A stretch of 64,000 nucleotides of DNA from Ramazzottius varieornatus (lineage: Eukaryota > Animalia > Tardigrada). The stretch spans positions 7,204,149 to 7,268,148 of the forward strand of contig BDGG01000001.1 of NCBI GenBank assembly GCA_001949185.1, written 5' to 3'. The translations under genes were made by a program, and so were the position numbers. Under the pieces are notes generated by a model. That model saw only the letters and a program-made list of their open reading frames with translations. It was not told the origin of the DNA and searched no databases. The first letter of the stretch is position 1, and each line of letters starts with the position of its first letter. This document shows positions 59,342-64,000 of this stretch, in pieces.

Positions 59342-62300
59342 CAGAGATGAGCAGGTATTAGAACTGGAACATTTCGCTTCGCTACCGCTTTGCTTCGATC
59401 TTACTTCCCGCTGTAGTTTCGCTATGAATTTTCGAAGGTCGCTTTCCGCTATGGACCGCTATAGAAATATTTTTGAAAATATTAATGTTTACTGGAAGCA
59501 TTTTGCAGCAGGCTTGCTCTTCGCGATTAGATCAAGAAGATCTTGATTGACATTACAAAATAATAGTCTGTCGAAATTCAGATCATTGGTATGAAGTCTA
59601 ATCTCATTAAGAATTCTTCCCGAAATATTGAAAATTCGCTCGATACCAGCGGTAGTCGCAGACGCACATAAAATTTGCTTAGCTATCACACACATCCTCT
59701 TGAAAATGTCTTGCGTTTCTTTCATCCGGTAGAAGTTCAAAGGGTTCTCGCCGCTCCAGTCGTTGTTCAGATAGAGCTCATATTCTGCTTCAACCGTAAT
59801 CGCTGGACTCTGCTTAGTCTTGGCCAGAGGGACTTCGTCTTCCATAAAGCTGAACAATTCCGATGCTCCTTCGGCTTTCTTTGACGTACTGAAAGAACAA
59901 ACCAGCCTAGTGAATATACGCAAATTTCGGTATTGTCTCGTAGTGATATATTTATCTATTTTTTTAATATTTGAAAATCAAAGCATACCCTCTGCTACTG
60001 CTTGCGAGAGGAGTGGTATCGCAAGGTCCTGCTAACTTCACTTCTCGCATCATACGCAGAATGACCTCCCGGGTTCTTTTTTCGGTTTCGACAGCTCTCT
60101 TTGATCCTCTGCAAAAACTAAGCTTGAAAGAAGGATCTAAAAACGAAATCGCCAAGTACAAGTCATCTTCCTCCAGTTTGTCGAACCGTTCTTCGAGAAG
60201 TCCAAGTAGCTCCAAGGTGAAGGCTTCCAGCAACGGGTACTCTCCAGCAGCCACTAAACTGTGCAAATGCACCCGAAGACCGTACAAAATAGGCAATACC
60301 TGACAGATGGCCGGTATGCTATCACGTTGCAATCCCAGAAAGGCCGTTTGAAATGGCGCAGTTGTTTTAACGAACTGTTTCAAAATGATTTCGTAATCAG
60401 GAGAAAGACGGTACTTCTTCTCAAGACCCACTTTGTCCCAGTCCATCTGCAACGCGTGCTCGGCCATGATGAAGTTGCTGTTCCAGCGAGTGGCACAACG
60501 CGCTTTCAAGGCTCGTCCGAACTCTTTCTCTACAGCTTCTGTCATGCTCACGGAATTCCGAATGCTCGAAACAACTGACGCCAGCGCTTCTACCGCTTTG
60601 TTGACCACTGCACGCTTTTTCACGGGCTTTTTGACCACTAGCTGGAGTGAATGTACCACACATCGAACCTACGAGAAAACCAAATAATACAAATGGTAAC
60701 CCAACCGAGCAGAAATATTTAAAAAGTTTCGTGAAGCTGGGAAAAAGTATCGCACCAGAATTTTTCTTTCGGGAAGTAAACAATATTTTCGGAGGAGAAT
60801 TTCTGCTACTTCATTAGCCAAGTTGTTGTCCACGTCGAGTTCCTCAGGATCGACGGGATCGAACTCTTCGTCATCGGCAGTCGCTTGTTCGAGTTCTTGA
60901 ATATCTTCCTGATGGCTTTCTTGTTGAAGTGAGTCATCATCTGCAACAAACCACGAGTAAATGCAAGATACTTTTCCAGTCAGACAAGTGACTAAACCGT
61001 AGGATAGCTCACGGCGGTACCTGAGCTATCGGCAGGGCTGTTGAATTCATAGAACTGCGGAAACCAGTCTTTCAATGCGCAAATGATATTGCTTCCATTG
61101 TCCGTACCCACGTAGAAAATCTTCCTTTGCAGACCGTAATCCGCAATCACCTCCACTGTCAAGTTGAGTATCGCTTCAGCTGTATGTGAGCCTTTGAAGC
61201 GAGGACAGACGAGAAGGAAATTGCTCAAGCGAAACTTCTCGTCGATGAAATGGACACTGATGCCGAGGTACCCACGCTGACGTTTACTGCTCCAAATGTC
61301 GATGTTAATCGTCACTGCGTCCGCTTTGTCCAACAGTCTGACTAGCGCAGCTTTGATATTGACTTACTGCGCAGGTAGAAGCGTTTTGGCGATTCGGTGC
61401 CTCTTCGGCCACTACAAGTACGAAATAGCTGTGCCGATATGACGTCATGCGCCCATATGGAAAATAATAGGCTTTACCTCTAAACTACTGTCTGCAACTT
61501 TGATAGCTTTATCATAGGACGAGTGACCGAGCATGGACGGCGCGATCATAGTTTGCACCTGGATAAGTGCCACGGCTTCGCCCAGACGGATCTGCTTGGA
61601 ATGCTTCCGTCCAAGTCGCTTCTTCTTCGCCGAAGGAAAGTAATCGACGAGCGTACCATTGTCCGCTTTTCGTTTCGCTTCTTCCGACGATGCATTGAAC
61701 GTTACCACCTCCTAGTACCAGAAATACAATTGAAAACAAGGTTACGGGAATTCAATCCCAGCTATCCGGGTAAATATGATGGCTGTTAAAGTTCCGGAGA
61801 GGGGATCATTACCTGGTTTTCGTTGTGGAAAGTCAACACATGGCTTTTGAAGTTACTGTAGCCGTCCCGGGATTATATCTTCTTCTCAATCTTCTTTTCC
61901 TTCGGGCACAGACGACAGTTCCCGGGATGAACTACGTAGCTCTTGCTGTTCTTCGATTCTCTGGCGGTAGCTAACGACGTGAAAAAGGTGGAGTCGAATT
62001 CTTCCGCCTTCCGGTCGCGGTCTCCACTCGATGCTTCCGACGCTTCCACATCGTCATCTTCGTCGATGACAATCTCCGTAGCGGCCATCCTTCAGCAGTT
62101 CTCTCGAAAATCAACCAAACCTCTTGTACACTTCGCACAGCCGATGGTACAAGTTTTCATGGAAGAGCGAAAGTCAAGATTTCATCAGAAGATGCGTTAG
62201 ACAACTAGAGTTAAGAGATTAGTCGCCCTCTTGCGACAACTTGTGCCGTATGGTGTGCTTGATTTTGCAATCGCTTAGTCATTTCTCACTCGAAGGTTTA

Positions 62301-62572
62301 CATGGGTGGTTGTCCTCTAAGAACTATATGCATTTGGAACGATAATCGCTCGTTCAACTCTGAAAAAACTGTGACTTTTTACATTTACCAAAGCGGAATT
62401 CGGCTTTCCGCTCCGCTTTGATCGTTTTACCGCTTTCGTAGTTTTCTACGAATTCCGCTTCGCTACGTCCAGTTTTGGCCAAAGCTCCGTCCGCTATAGT
62501 TTCGCTACAAAGCGAAGCGAAGCGGACAGCGACCACGAAAACGCTACGCCGCTCCAAAACTGCTCATCCCTG
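59342..62572 (-). mobile_element. Full-length hAT DNA transposon (3231 bp)
   Basis: 13-bp TIRs CAG(A/G)GATGAGCAG (59342-54; 62560-72); perfect 8-bp TSD GTCACAAG (59334-41; 62573-80); subterminal CGCT-rich repeats at both ends. Confidence 0.95.
59489..62088 (-). pseudogene. hAT transposase (6 exons) with two in-frame TAA stops
   Basis: BED finger CRLC...HVLTFH, catalytic motifs IDIWS / GTDNGSN / IERIF, CVVH, ATRWNS, FLDP and dimerisation domain; stops at 61873-75 and 61364-66. Confidence 0.88.
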
Positions 62573-63341
62573 GTCACAAGACCCGCAAACCGCAAATATG
62601 TTTATGTGTGCGCACTGTACCCGGGCATAAGAACTTGGGGAAAGCCCGAGATATCGATTACGTTTTTGTACTAGTGCCCGAGATCGGATTGATCCGTTTG
62701 TTTCTGGGCTGAAGACTGCAATAAGTACTGTACGAGTACTTCGCTGCTGGAGAACCGCAGGAGGTCCTTCCGGGCTGGCACTTCCGCCAGAAGTACGAGT
62801 ACGAACTGCACCAGTCCCTCAGTGACGGGCATCAGGATGAACAGTCTAGTGCGTTAGGGCAACATGCAAGCTGCGTTTACTTCACGTTTACGACAAAGAA
62901 GTATAAGCCTTCTTCATTAACCATTTTGTCTTGACATCGATTTTTGTCGTTGCATGCGTCGAGAAGCGCGCAGCAGCGTTCTCTGCTCGCTCACGTATGC
63001 GCCAGTATACCCGGGGGTGTGGTAAAGCTTCCACCACCACGTTGAGAGTCCGGAAAATTCCGCCGACAAAACGCGCACTCAACAGCTGTTCAACTTTGCA
63101 GGTTCTTTTCTCCATGACTCCCTCAGTCCTTCTTCGACAAGCTCTTTGCATCTCTTTGCTTGTTGTTGAGTGCTTAACCTGACCCTTTGGGAAAGGATTA
63201 TTCATCTCCTGAGTGCGGGAAGATTGTGTAGATTAGACTTTGTTGCGGATCGTAAGAGGACGACGGATTCTCGACGCACCTGATTTGTACGTGGAGAGAT
63301 CTCATACAGATCAGCATAATCTGGCTCAGAGGGACTTTTAG

Positions 63342-63741
63342 ATGACACAGAAATCCGCTCTCCGGGATCTGCTACGAGTTATCAAGAAGAACGGAACGGA
63401 TCGACTCTTCGTCGTTGCAGACGCTGGCATGAAACGGAATAGTCCAAGCATGGCCAGCCTTCCGGCGATTCGTGATCGCGCCAGTCGCAGTGGGGTGGTT
63501 CGCTCTCGGGCAGGCACCATCGACTCGGATTCTGGATATTCCGAGCTTGTACCCTCAGTACCCAGCACCCCTCCAGTGCGTGGAAGCACCAAGAGGCCCA
63601 GCTCTGGTAACAGCAACAACAGTCATCATAACGATGATGTCTTTCCCGTGACGATCCCCTATGGCAGCCGCAGCTCTGGAAGGAAAGCTGCCAAAATTTC
63701 AAGGGATAATGCGTCTCCTGATGAGCGTTTCGACGATATGG
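63342..63741 (+). CDS. Coding exon of an unidentified gene (Ser-rich, probably disordered); likely continues off the window
   Basis: Acceptor TTTTAG immediately before ATG 63342, open frame, GTGAGC donor near 63743; no recognisable domain. Confidence 0.45.
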
Positions 63742-64000
63742 GGTGAGCTCTTGAATCTCGTGGGCTGGAATAATGTGAGATTTTTGTCGTACACAGCGGA
63801 TGACGCAAACCTGTTCGGTCGATTCGTTGATCAAAAGTCTGTGCTTGCGTGGCCATCTCATTTCCCAGCCTTTCTCAGAAACCTTCGGGATGGAAGTGTT
63901 ATAGTCTTTTCGTCCTGATGAGTTTCTGATGAATACTGTCCCTGAAGAGACTACAAAATTTTGTTTGGTTTCGGGAACGAAGGACTTGGAGGTGCTGGGA

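Noticed and set aside
61364-61875. TAA reassignment or readthrough in the hAT transposase
   Set aside because: Neighbouring host genes (Kirre-like, AKR, LEA) end at TAA, so simple nonsense mutations are more parsimonious. The GTAAGT overlapping the second stop has no plausibly sized intron.
1-64000. tRNA, rRNA or snRNA genes
   Set aside because: None recognised by eye; tRNAscan-SE/Infernal would be needed to exclude them.

Overview
Eukaryotic, intron-rich animal DNA with short GT-AG introns (mostly ~55-100 nt) and no prokaryotic features. Compactness, composition and the LEA/trehalase content fit a tardigrade-like invertebrate, but this is inference. Genes in order: trehalase (-, runs off the left edge, atypical signature), a possible 87-aa orphan (-), Integrator subunit 1 (+, apparently C-terminally short), a 2-RRM protein (-), a gene-poor stretch with decayed transposons, a Kirre/Neph/SYG-1-type 5-Ig adhesion receptor (+), AFG1-like ATPase (+), VTI1B SNARE (-), a spliced Tc1/Tc3-derived DNA-binding protein with no catalytic domain (+), a bacterial-type aldo-keto reductase (+), an MFSD6-like transporter (-), a secreted LEA-like protein (-), a very divergent menin (+), a full-length hAT transposon with TIRs, an 8-bp TSD and two nonsense codons, and an exon of an unidentified gene. 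Several TA-flanked Tc1/mariner/pogo-type non-autonomous elements are also present. The most striking unexplained signal is a ~80-bp palindromic unit (CAAGTGGCGCAC...GTGCGCCACTTG). It occurs about 17 times at 11 loci, singly or in short tandem arrays, mostly inside introns. All protein identifications are from remembered motifs; no database search was run.
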